Assembly: GCF_018977255.1 (NCBI RefSeq)
Contig: NW_024704742.1
Location: forward strand, 70,000,001-70,064,000
Length of the DNA stretch: 64,000 bases
Direction of reading: 5' to 3'
Source of the DNA: Callorhinchus milii
Taxonomy: Eukaryota
Of this stretch, positions 26,401 through 38,400 are shown piece by piece (the first letter of the stretch is position 1; every line of letters starts with the position of its first letter). The notes below the pieces were generated by a model. It searched no databases. It saw only the letters and a program-made list of their open reading frames with translations, and was not told where the DNA came from. The translations under genes and the position numbers were made by a program.

Positions 26401-29400
26401 CTGTCCAGGGCTTTGAGTCGTCATCCTGACGTGAAAGGTGATATACAAATGTAATTTGTTATTGTTGTTGTTGTTGTTCTCTAGCTTGTGGACTTTGTGC
26501 GTATTGGGCGGGGTATGGCGGACGACATGCTTCGCCGGCTCCCTTTGTACCTCTCTGATTACACGGATGGTGAGTGCTGTTTTTTTTTCCTGATTGGCAG
26601 GTTGTCTGACTCACGCGGAAACCCATCGCTGTGCTTGATAGTCTCCAAATCAGCCAGAGTTCTAGATACCTGTGTCGCCTACGCTTTGGAAATTGGACTG
26701 TGTCGTGCACACTCGCTCCCCCCCCCGGCGTGATCATGGTGTCCAGTGGTGTTGTGTGGAGTCCCGTAGGGTAGTGGTTAGCATGCTTCACTGCGAGGAG
26801 ATGCTGGATTTCCTTGAATCCAAGATCAAGGGAATTTGCTCCGCGGTCACTTCTCCTCCAACATCCACCAACCCCCCACCCCCTCACTCCCACACTCCGA
26901 CTGCTACCCATCCTCCCCTACTCACTTTTGTACCCGTTTCCCCACCCTCTGTCACCAAACTCATCCTATCCCTGAAACCAACCACCTGCTCCCTTGACCC
27001 CATCCCCACTCCACTCCTTATCTCCCAGCTCCACTTTCTTGCCCCACATATCACCGACATCGTCAACCTGTCCCTCTCCTCTGGCTCTGTCCCCATTCCC
27101 TTAAAAACTGCCACCATCACGCCCACCCTGAAAAAACCCTCCCTTGATGCGTCGCAGCTATCAAGCTACCGGCCCATCTCCAACCTCCCCTTTCTCTCCA
27201 AGGTCCTGGAAAGAGTTGTCGCCTCCCAACTGCGCTCTTTCCTTTCCACCCATTCACTTTTCGAACCCCTTCAGTCAGGTTTCCGTGCTGCCCATAGCAC
27301 AGAAACTGCCCTGGTCAAGGTCACCAATGATATCCTGACCATCTGTGACCAGGGCTCCCTCTGCCTCCTCGTCCTCCTCGACCTATCGGCAGCATTCGAT
27401 ACGGTCGACCACGCTATCCTACTCCACCGCTTGTCCTCCCACCTCAACCTTCAAGGCACTGTCCTTGAGTGGTTTAGGTCGTACCTTTCTCACCGTCTTC
27501 ACTTTGTCTCAACAAATGGCTTCTCCTCCACCCCCCGCACTGTCTCATGTGGTGTCCCTCAGGGCTCTGTCCTCGGTCCCCTCCTCTTCACCCTCTATAT
27601 GCTCCCCCTCGGTGACATCATCCGCAGACATGGAGTTAACTTCCACATGTATGCGGATGACACCCAACTCTACCTTTCCTCCTCTACTCTCAACTCCACG
27701 ACCACCGATGTCCTGACAGCTGCCTGTCCGACATCGAGTCCTGGACGAGAGACAACTTTCTTCAGCTCAACGTGCGAAAAACCGAGGCCCTCCTGATTGG
27801 CTCACGTCAGCGCCTCCGCACCTCAGGCGCTGACACCATCAGCATCCAAGGCTGCACTCTCCACCTCTCAAAGCCAGTCAGGAACCTCGGGGTTTTGTTC
27901 GACCCTGAGCTGTCCTTTCTCCCTCACATCCGCACCACAACTGGCACCGCCTTCCATCACCTCCGGAACATCGCCAGACTACGGCACTACCTCACCCCTC
28001 ACGCTGCTGAAACCCTGGTCCACGCCTTTGTCACCTCAAGGCTGGACTATGGGAACTCTCTCCTCGCCGGCCTTCCCGCCACCTCCCTCCACAAGCTGCA
28101 GGTCATTCAGAACTCTGCAGCTCGTGTACTGTCCCGCACCAGGCTTCGGGACCACATCACTCCCACCCTCGCTCGCCTCCACTGGCTCCCCATCCCCCAG
28201 AGGATTGATTTCAAGATCCTCATCCTCACCTACAAGGCCATTCACGGCCTTGCTCCCTCCTACCTCTCAGACCTACTATCCCCCTACCTACCTGCCCGTA
28301 CCCTCCGTTCCTCCGGCTCCGGTCTGCTCCACGTCCCCCGCCCCAATCGCCCTACCATCGGTGGTCGGGCCTTCAGCCTCTCAGCCCCCAGGCTCTGGAA
28401 CTCCATCCCCCAGTGCCTTCGCCGCCTCCTCCCTCTCCTCCTTCAAGGCCGGTCTCAAAACCTTTCTCTTTGACCGAGCCTTCAGCTCCCCTCTCGACTC
28501 TCTTCCCCTGCTCGGGTCCTGACCCAACTGTGCAGCGCCTTGGGACGTCCTCCTGACGTGAAAGGCGCTTTATAAAGGGAATCTTGTTGTTGTTGTTGTT
28601 GTTGCTTGGCTTGCAAGCGATAGGAGCCGAGTTCGATTCCCGGGCTGGGCGAAACCTTAGGCAAGTTTCTTTACTCCACACGCCTCTACTTACTAGCAAT
28701 AAGTAGGAACCTGGTTGTTGGACAATTAGCGGATCACTTTCCAGGGGAAATAATCCCTTCGAAAAAACAATTGGTTACTCAACCCATGACTGTTTATGGG
28801 ACACTGCTGTGCACAATTATCTGCTGCATTTCGCCCACAAAATATACAGTCAATTCACTTTACAGTTTATTCTGTGAAGTGTTTTAAGACATCTCAATGA
28901 CATGATAGGGCACTATATCAAATGCAAGGATTATTATTATTATGTGGTTTTAGAATAACAAGGGGAACTGACCTGCTTTATAGTGGATCACACCTCTCTT
29001 ATCTACAAAATAGGAGGTGGGCGGAAGAGAAAAAGCCAATGATTACCTCCCTCCTTCTCCCTTACTGGGTGTACAACCCCACCACAGCGAAATGCACTAA
29101 GATGTGGCATACGTGAAGGACGTATATAAAAATCAGCTGGAAGCACTCTCTCCTTTGAGACGTCCTCCTGATGTGAAAGGCGCTGTATCAAATGTAAGGA
29201 TTATAACTGTCTGATTGTAGGTATCATCGGGAGCAATAAAGCCATTCGCAAGATCATCACCACCATCCTGTTTCTCTACTGTATCTGTTTGCTACCGACA
29301 ATAGCTTTTGGAACCTTAAATGATGAGAACACCAGAGGGGCGATCGGTAAGATATTAAACACTTGTCGTCTTCTTCTGACCCAAATTTTCACTTGTTAAG

Positions 29401-32400
29401 TTCTCACTTGAAATAGCCGAGCTCACACCGTCCAGCCTGACGCTCCAGTGGGAACGCTGCATTGTCTGAGGTGCCATCCTTCGTGAAACCGAGACCCTGT
29501 CTGTGCCTGTTCAGGTGGATGTAAAAGATCCTATCGTGCTATTTGAAAAGAGAAGAGAGCTTATCTTTCCAGGTGTCCTGGCCGACAATTCCTCAAATAA
29601 AACTGGTCATTCACTTCACGACTGTTTGTGGGATGTTGCTGTGAGCGAATTTGCTGCCACGTTCAAAATACAGTCACTACACTTTAAAATAAAATCCCGT
29701 GAAGCACTTGTCAGGTGTTTCAGTGTTAAAGATGCTACATCAAATGCAAGGATATTATTATAATAAACACTGGTTATTTTTCACCAAAACTCATGAGAAT
29801 AAATAACAATAGCTCTGAATCCCACTAAATACATGAAATATGAACTTTCCAATAATAGTATGTTGTTAATAATAATCCTTGCATTTTTCACGTCTCAAAG
29901 AGCGTCACAGGGATTTTATGGGGTAGATGCAATACCTTCTCTTCTCTGTTTTTCTCTCTTTCTTGTTCTTTCTCTCTATCTCTCCCTCTCACTTTGTACT
30001 TCTGCCTTTCTCTTTCTTGCCCACTCACATTCTCTCTTGCTTGCCTACTTCTTCTCATTCGTTCCTGCTTTAAAATTAACAACTGAAGTTTACCTAGCAG
30101 TAAGTAGGTTGTTAATCAATTGGCAGATCATTTTCTGGGGATAACCATCCCTTCAAAAAAATAATAATTTGGTCATTCAATCCACGACTGTTTGTTGGAC
30201 ACTGCTGTGTGCAATTGGCTGCCACGTTTTGCCCCCAAAATATAGTCAATTCACTTTACAGTATATTCTGTGAAGCGCTTTGAGATGTCTCAACGACGTG
30301 ATAAGGCCGTATATCAAATGCAAGAAATATTATTGTTACTACATTCCTGCTTTAAAGTTGACCACTAAAGCAAAGAGTCTTGCTCTGCCTCTCTTCCCTG
30401 GGAGTTGGCCACGGAGCGGATGACAATGGTTCTGTGTGAGGGGAATCAGCATTCCCCAGAGACAGTCCAAACCTCCGCAATTTCATTTCCAGATGTGCAG
30501 AAAACTATTCTTGCCCAATGTATTGGCGGCATCTGCTACGCGATCTTGGCCGGCCAGCCGATGGGTATAGTATTAACAACAGCACCGCTGGCTCTCTACA
30601 TCCATGGTAAGTAGACTCCAAGCTGGCTACAAGTTAACATGTTTGGCAATGGAATATCAGAGTCTCTCAACCATCTGTGTTGGTCTCTCAAAGAGTACGC
30701 AAATTGGCTACCGGGTTCACCTAGAATACCCATTCACCACATTGGGAACCGCTGTGAGGTGTCATTCTGATGTGAAAGGCTCTATGTCGAGTCCAATTAT
30801 TATTTTGTTATGAAGAGAGGGGAACAGGAGAGGGGAAGACTCGTATTAAGTATAAATACCGGCACAAATTGGTTGAGCTGAACTGCCTGTTTCATATGGT
30901 TCTGTGTAATTCTAAGAATGGTGACAGATCCAAGTCCGACCATACTGTGCTGCCCTTGAGACTCGTTTTGTTATGGGAACCCTCGACCATCGACCTTCCT
31001 CTTCTCCCCTCCCCAGTAATCCGAGACATCTGCGATGACTATGAGCTAAATTTCTACGCCTTCTACGCCTGCGTGGGCCTGTGGAACAGTTTCTTTTGCG
31101 TCATCTACGGTGTCGCTAATTTAAGTTTGCTGAAATCGTTTTTCAAAAGGTAAGCAGTCTTCATTGTCAAGCTGTCTAGTCGATTGGCAGATTGCTTTTC
31201 CAGGGGTGACAGTTCGCTCAAAATAAATAAATAAATGATAATAATTTGGTCACTCTATATACGACTGTTTGTAGGAAACTGCTGTGCGCAATTGGCTACT
31301 GCGTTTCACCCACAAAATATACTTTCAGTTCAGATCCGGATTTGAGTTCCAGTGCAGTGTTGGGGGTCAGCGTCACATTGTCAGAAACAGCGTCCTTCAC
31401 ATGAGATGTTGAACTGAGTTTCTGTGCCCTGTTTCAGGTGGATGCTAAAAATCCTGGGGCACTATTTGAAAAGAGAATGAAGTTTCTCCTGCTGTTATCC
31501 AGGCTGACAATCCCCTAGATTTAAAAATAAATAGTCATTCACTTCAAGGCTGTTTGTGAGATGTTGGTGTGCGCAAATTGGCTGCTGGGTTCGCTTACTC
31601 AATACACGTCATGTGTCTTATCATGTCGTCGTGATGTCTCAAAGCCCTTCACAAAATATATTTTGGGGGCAAAATACAGCAGCCAATTGTGCACAGTAGT
31701 GTCCTACGAACAGTCGTGGATTGAATGACCAATTTTTTTTGAGGGGATTATTACACCCAGAAAGCGATCTGCCAATCGACTAACAACCGGGTTCCTATTT
31801 ACTGCTAGGTAAACAGAGGCGTGTGGAGTAGGGAAATTTGCCTAAGATTTTGCCCTACCCGAGACTCAAACCTAGGTCCTCTCGCTTGTGACCACTACGC
31901 TGCAGGACTCCACACATACAAGTTGTTGTTGTTTGAGTTCCAGTTGAATAATGAACTCTGTCTCTCTCACAGGTCGACGGATGAAATCCTGGCCGTATTC
32001 ATATCCATTGCCTTTGTGGTGGACGCTTGTAAAGGCATGGCCACAAGTAAGTTTGTAAAGAGGCTCGAAGGGATTCTGCCATGGACCTTTATGAAGCTCC
32101 CTCGTCCTGCATCCCTACACACACTTCCGCCTTCCCCCACCTCCCCCTCTCTCCCCTGTCTCCATGCACCTCTTTTTCTTGTCTGTATATAACTTTTGGG
32201 GATATACGTTACTTGTGTGTGTGCATGTGTGTGTTTGTATGTGCACATGCATGTCTGTATATAATTTAGTTTGCATTGTGTGCAAGTGGTGTGTGTCTGT
32301 GCATGTGTATGTATATAATTTTCGTTTGCGTGTGTTTTCAGTTTTCGAGGAATTTTACCACGATGGTGACTTGGTGTCACTGAATAACTCCATCTCAGAT

Positions 32401-35400
32401 TTCAACACAAGCTTCTTGCACAACAGCTCGACCCTCGACCCGCAGACTGTGAGATGTGGGCGAGAGACAGCTGTGCTCAGCCTGATGCTGATGCTGGGAA
32501 CCCTGTGGCTTGGCTACACTCTGTATCAGTTCAGGAAAAGGTACTTGTCTCAAACTCCTTCTCCTTCCCTTCCCACCCTAACCCATGTTCCTTTTCCTTT
32601 CATGGAGTCCTGTAATGTATTGGTTAGAGCACTCACCTCGCAAGCGAGCGGACTTGGGTTTGACTACAGCAGGGTGAAACCTTAGGCAAGTTTCCTTACT
32701 CCATAAGTCTCTGTTTACCTATCAGTAAGTCGGAACCTGGTTGTTAGTCGATTGGCGGATATAAAAAAATTAATAACTATTTGGTCAGTCAATTGTGGGA
32801 CACCACTGCGTGCAATTGGCTGCTGCTTTTTGCCCACAAAGCATACAGTCAATTCACTTTACGGTGTATCTGTGAAGAGCTTTGAGATGTCTGAACGACA
32901 CGATATCAAATGCAAGGATTATTATACAATTATAACTCCACTCTTCCTCCCCTACCCCTCCCTGGGCAAGCAAGTTTAGTGGTGGTGACATTGGGGTATG
33001 GAGGAAAGGGCAGGTAAATGGGACTGAAAAGACTGCTCTTTAAAAGCATACACACGATGGGCCTTCTTCTGTGCTGTACACTGACCTGTCTGCTCCCTCC
33101 TCTCAGCGGGCTCCAGGACGCTACCTGGCATGAAGGGCGCTACAAGTTGTTGTTGCTCCATGTCCCCTGTCCTGCTCCCCCTACCATTGGCGGTTGTGCC
33201 TTCACCTTTCTGCCCTCACCCTGTGGAACTCCATCCCACAGTCCCTTAGCCTGCCCCCCCACTCTCTTGCCTCCTTTAAGGTCTGTGTCAAGACCTTCCT
33301 CTTCAAACGTGTCTTTGGTCACCCTCCAGCCCACACCCTCCCTGCCCCCCCACCTCTCCTGATCCTGACCCCCAGCTCGGGTCCAAATCCTTGACTATCC
33401 AGGGCCTTGGGATGACCTCCCAATGTGAAAGACACTCTACAAATCTAATTTGTTGTTCTTGTACATTTCTTGTTGACTTGTACTAAAAACCCTCATGATT
33501 TAAAGACCTTGATCAGGTCACTGCTCAACCTTTATATTCTTTGTAATGATTATATATTTTTTTCCACACGCATACAGCCCGTTTCTACATGCCAGGGCCC
33601 GGGAAACTCTGTCAGACTGTGCCTTACCCATATCTGTGGTGGTGCTCTCCTTTGTTGGAACCTACATATTTCGAGACATAAAAGGTAGGTTTTCCTCTCA
33701 CTTTACCTGGTGAAACCAGCACTTCACTCTGTCTGGGTCACATCTTACCAGGAAGTACCAAATAATAAATAATAATCCTTGCAGGAGTCCAGTAGCATAG
33801 CACGCTCACATCACAAGCAAATGGCTCCAGGTTCGATTCCCGGGCAGGGTGAAACCTTAGTCAAGTTTACTTACTCCACACTTGGTCCCTCAATCCACGA
33901 CTGTTTGCAGGACTCTGCTGTGTGCAATGGGCTGCCGCGTTTCACCTGCAAAATACGGTCAATTCACTTTACAGTATATTCTGTGAAGCACTGTGAGTGT
34001 TGAAATCACAGTATAGGCTGGTGGGGGAAGAGGGGTTTGCAATGTTTGATGAGCTATCCTTCAGATGAGACATTAATACTGAGCTCCCCATCTGTGCCCT
34101 GTTTAAGTGGATTTTAAAGATCTTGTGGTGCTGAATGAAAAGGGAAGGGAGTTTCTCCCGGTATCCTGGCCAATAATCCCCAGAATTTTTGTGGCTGTTT
34201 GTAGGACATTGGCTGCCACATTACCCACAAGAAACACAGTCTACAATGTACATTGTACAATGAAAGGATTATTATTATTACAGTGAATCCTGTGAAGCGC
34301 TTTGAGACATCAACCGATTGAAAGGCAAATGTAAGATTATTATTAATATGAAAGGTGCTGTATAAATATAAGCTGTTGTTGAGTTGTATAGGAGTCATGT
34401 GGAGTAGTGGTTAGAGCACTCGCCTCGTAAGCAAGAGGACCCAGGTTTGATTCCCGGTGGGACGAAACCTTAGGCAAGTTTCCTTACTCGACACACCTCT
34501 GTTTACCCAGCAGTAAGTAGGAACCCGGTTGTTAGTTGATTGGCAAATCTCTTTCCGGGGCTAATAATACCTTCAATAAATAAATAAGTAATTCGGTCAC
34601 TCAACCCATGGTCTCAATCCATTCGGTCACTCAGTTGTATTGTGCGCAGTTCTCTTCCACGTTTCACCCAAAAAATATACAGTCAATCCATTTTACAGTA
34701 TATCCTGTGAAGCACTTTGATTTGATAAGGCGCTATATCAAATGCAAGGATTGTTATAATTGTTGTTGTATGTGTTTGGAGTATTGAAGGGATGGGTGGT
34801 TTTAAGCCTTGCTGCTACTTGTGTTTACTACCCTGTGTGTTTTGGCTGTTTTGTCTTCCAGTTGCCACCTTTAGTTATAATCCGTCCCAGAGCCTGTTTA
34901 ACCTCGCCCCCTTTCACTTGCTCTCGGTGGGGGCGATATTTGGTGGGATGGGGCTCGGCTTCCTTCTCTCGCTGCTCTTCTACCTGGAACAAAACATTGT
35001 GATGTCGTTGACTAATGCGCCCCACCACAGGTAAAACCTTACAGAGGGATTGTTTTAAGTGCTCTGGAATGCTACCCTGCGCAAGGAGCACTATATAAAT
35101 GCAAGTTATTGTTGTTTTATCGGCTGTCTACCACACATGGAAATCCTTTGCCTTGTTTAAGACTATCCAAACCAGACTGAGAGAGTTCTGCATGTGCCCC
35201 ACATAAAGGGCGCTAGTTGTTGTTGTTGCTGTATGTGGATACTACTACATATGGAAATTTCCCCATATCTGGAATGGAATGTACAGTCTCTCTTTCTCTC
35301 TCTCTCAGCCCCGGCGGGCCACACCCTGCTTCCCTAATTCCATAGGATACTAGGTGCAGGATGGCAAGAGCCAAGAGTATGTATTGAGGTAACAGCTGTA

Positions 35401-38400
35401 ATCTAACCAGATAAAGCCACGTAGCTTGCCATTGAATCCCAGCACCTTGGGACGTCCTCCCGATATAAAAAGCACTATACCAATGTAATTAGTTGCTGTT
35501 GTTGTTGAAAGCATTGTCTGGCAAGCTTTCCCACTGCTTGTCCAGCTAGGACCACCATTAGGTCTTTTGTTGCCAGACATGTCATCTCAGAGCCAGTTCA
35601 GCTCCAAGGAGACGGGACTGTGTGAAATGCTTTGAGATGTGAATCCAATGCAAGGTTTGCTATTCATTCCACTTGGTCTGAGCGAGTGTTGTTTTGGCAG
35701 GTTAGTGAAGGGCACGGGCTATCACTGGGACATCTTCCTGGTGGGAATCATCAACATTGTGACCTCCATCTTTGGCTTACCCTGGGTGCACTCTGCCTTC
35801 CCACACTCCCCCCTGCATGTCCGGGCACTGGCCTACATGGAGATTAGAGTGGAGAACGGACATCTGTATGAGACGTGAGTTTAATGCTAGCAGCAAAGCA
35901 AATATGTGACTATTATACTGAAGGCATGTGTGTCTGCATATGTCTTATAGTGAGGACGCATGCGTGTGTGTGTGTGTGTGTGTCAGTGTTATACTGAAGC
36001 TGTGTTTGTGTGTGAATGTTATACTGAAGCCGTGTTTGTGTGTGAATGTTATACTGAGGCCGTGTTTGTGTGTGAGTGTTATGCTTAGGCTGTGTTTGTG
36101 TGTGAGTATTACACTGAGGTCGTGTGTGTGTGTGATATTATATTGCGGCCATGTGTGTGTGAGTATTTACTGAGGCCGTGTTTGTGTGTGTGAGTGTTAT
36201 ATTGAGGTCATGTGTGTGTTTCAGTGTCAGTGTTATACTGAAGCTGTGTGAGTGTTATAGTGAGGTTGTTAGTTCAGGGATTGGCAGTTGGGGGTTGAGC
36301 ATTTAGCATTGTGGGTGAAGACGCCTTGGCTCACTGCTCTTTTCTCCCATCTCTCAGGATTGTGCGAGTGAGGGAGACCAGGGTGGCGACACTCGTAGCT
36401 CACATCATGGTGGGTGTCTCTCTGCTTCTCCTGCCCATCCCTCTCCAGTGGATCCCGAAACCAGTGCTGTACGGGCTCTTCCTCTATGTGTCTCTCACTT
36501 CCATCGATGGATGTCAGTTCTTTGAGAGACTGGCTCTCCTCCTCACAGAGCAGGTGAGGGAATGGGTGGGGGGGAAATTAAGCAGCAGAGTTGAAGAAAT
36601 ATGACCTCAAAGTCCAGGTTGATGCTCTAGTGCAGTGATAGGGGGAGGGAGCTCTGTATTGTTGAGGTGCCATCTTTCGGATTAGTTATTATAATAATAA
36701 TTCTTGTATTTGATATAACGCCTTATCACATTGTTGAGATGTCTCAAAGTGCTTCACAAAATATTCTGTAAAGTGAATTGACTGTATATTTTGTGGCTGA
36801 AACGCAGCAGCCTATTGTGTTTTCACAGTATCTTATCTCTGGGTGAGAATTACACGCTCCTTCCAGGTGCACTCTGAAAGGAATGATCCTTCTCTTCTCT
36901 AATTACTATTAGAGTACATGCCCAGTCAGAGCGCTCTCACAAAATACCCCCAACACTTGGCTTTTAATAAAATGTTTCTTATTTATTCAAACCCATATAC
37001 TTCAATATATATATTTCCGCATTCGACCCAAAAATAACAAACACAATTCTTATATAACACTTTGATAATATTATATTAATCTAACTTTAACAAAGACTGA
37101 TATCCCATACTTTATAAGATATCTAACCACTGAGCCTCATCACTTGGACCACCAGGGGTAAACAAAGAGAGTAACTTTACCCCTCACATCTCTTCTAAGT
37201 TCCTGAGATTCAGAGCTTTTAGAATTAGTGATATTAAAGTCAAGTGTTGGTTAAAACTCCCCCCAAAACTCAACAACTGTCTTATAACTCCACTCTCTCT
37301 CTTTTATACCTCAAATGTGCCCCGTGTGACTTTTGTACCCAATCAATTCTCTGTACTTTGACCCACTCAACTCCTAATTGACGAAGAATGACCTCCTTCA
37401 ATAAATCCTTCCTAACTTAGGAAACATAAAACTCATTAACTCAACTGTTGCTTCAACTATCGAAGACTGCCGACAGGACCATAAAATCATTAACTAACAA
37501 AAAAGCCATAAACCAAAAGCACTTAACCAACATTTTTTACACCTTAAAAGAGATAAACAGATTTAACAAAAAAGCCATAAACCGAAAGCACTTAACCAAC
37601 ATTTTTTACACCTTAAAAGAGATAAACAGATTGGTTTCTCAACCTAACAGATTCAACAGACTATCAGGCTCTGAACGCCTGTTACCCCTCTCCATGAACC
37701 CAAATATTCACCCTCTTATCCCTTTACTACCTCACAGCACACAGCAGTGTCCCATAAACAGTCATTATTATTGGATTTTTTTGAGGGATTATTATCCCCG
37801 GAAAACCGGGCTGCCAATTGACTAACAACCAGGTTCATTCTCACTGCTAGGTAAATAGAGGCGTGTGGAGTTACAGTATATTCTATTTCACCCTGCCGGG
37901 AATCGAACCCAGATCTCTCGCTTGCGAGACGAGCGCTCTAACCACTGAGCTGTAGGACTCCCAAGATCCTGCGGTGCTATTTAAAAAGAGAAAGGAGTTT
38001 CTCTCTCACTGTGTTCTGGCTGATAGTCCTCCAGATAACATTAATTACTCACAACGTGGCTATTTTGTAAATTGGTTGCCACATTCGCCTACAAATACAC
38101 AGTCATTACCCTTCACAGTCAAACCCTGAGAAAGGCTTTGAGATGTCCTCCTGACAAGAAAGGAACTGTATCAGTTGAGTCCAACTCAGCATTTCCAGCT
38201 TCCTGAGGAGTCCTGTAGTGTAGTGGTTAGCGCACTCGCCTCGCAAGTGAGAGGCCCCGGGTTCGATTCACTTTACAGTATATTCTATGAACAACAACAA
38301 ATTACATTTGCATTTACATTTACACATACGCCTTTCACATCGGAAGGACATCCCAAGGAGCTGGACAGTCAAGGATTTGGACCTCAGCTGGGGGTTGGGA

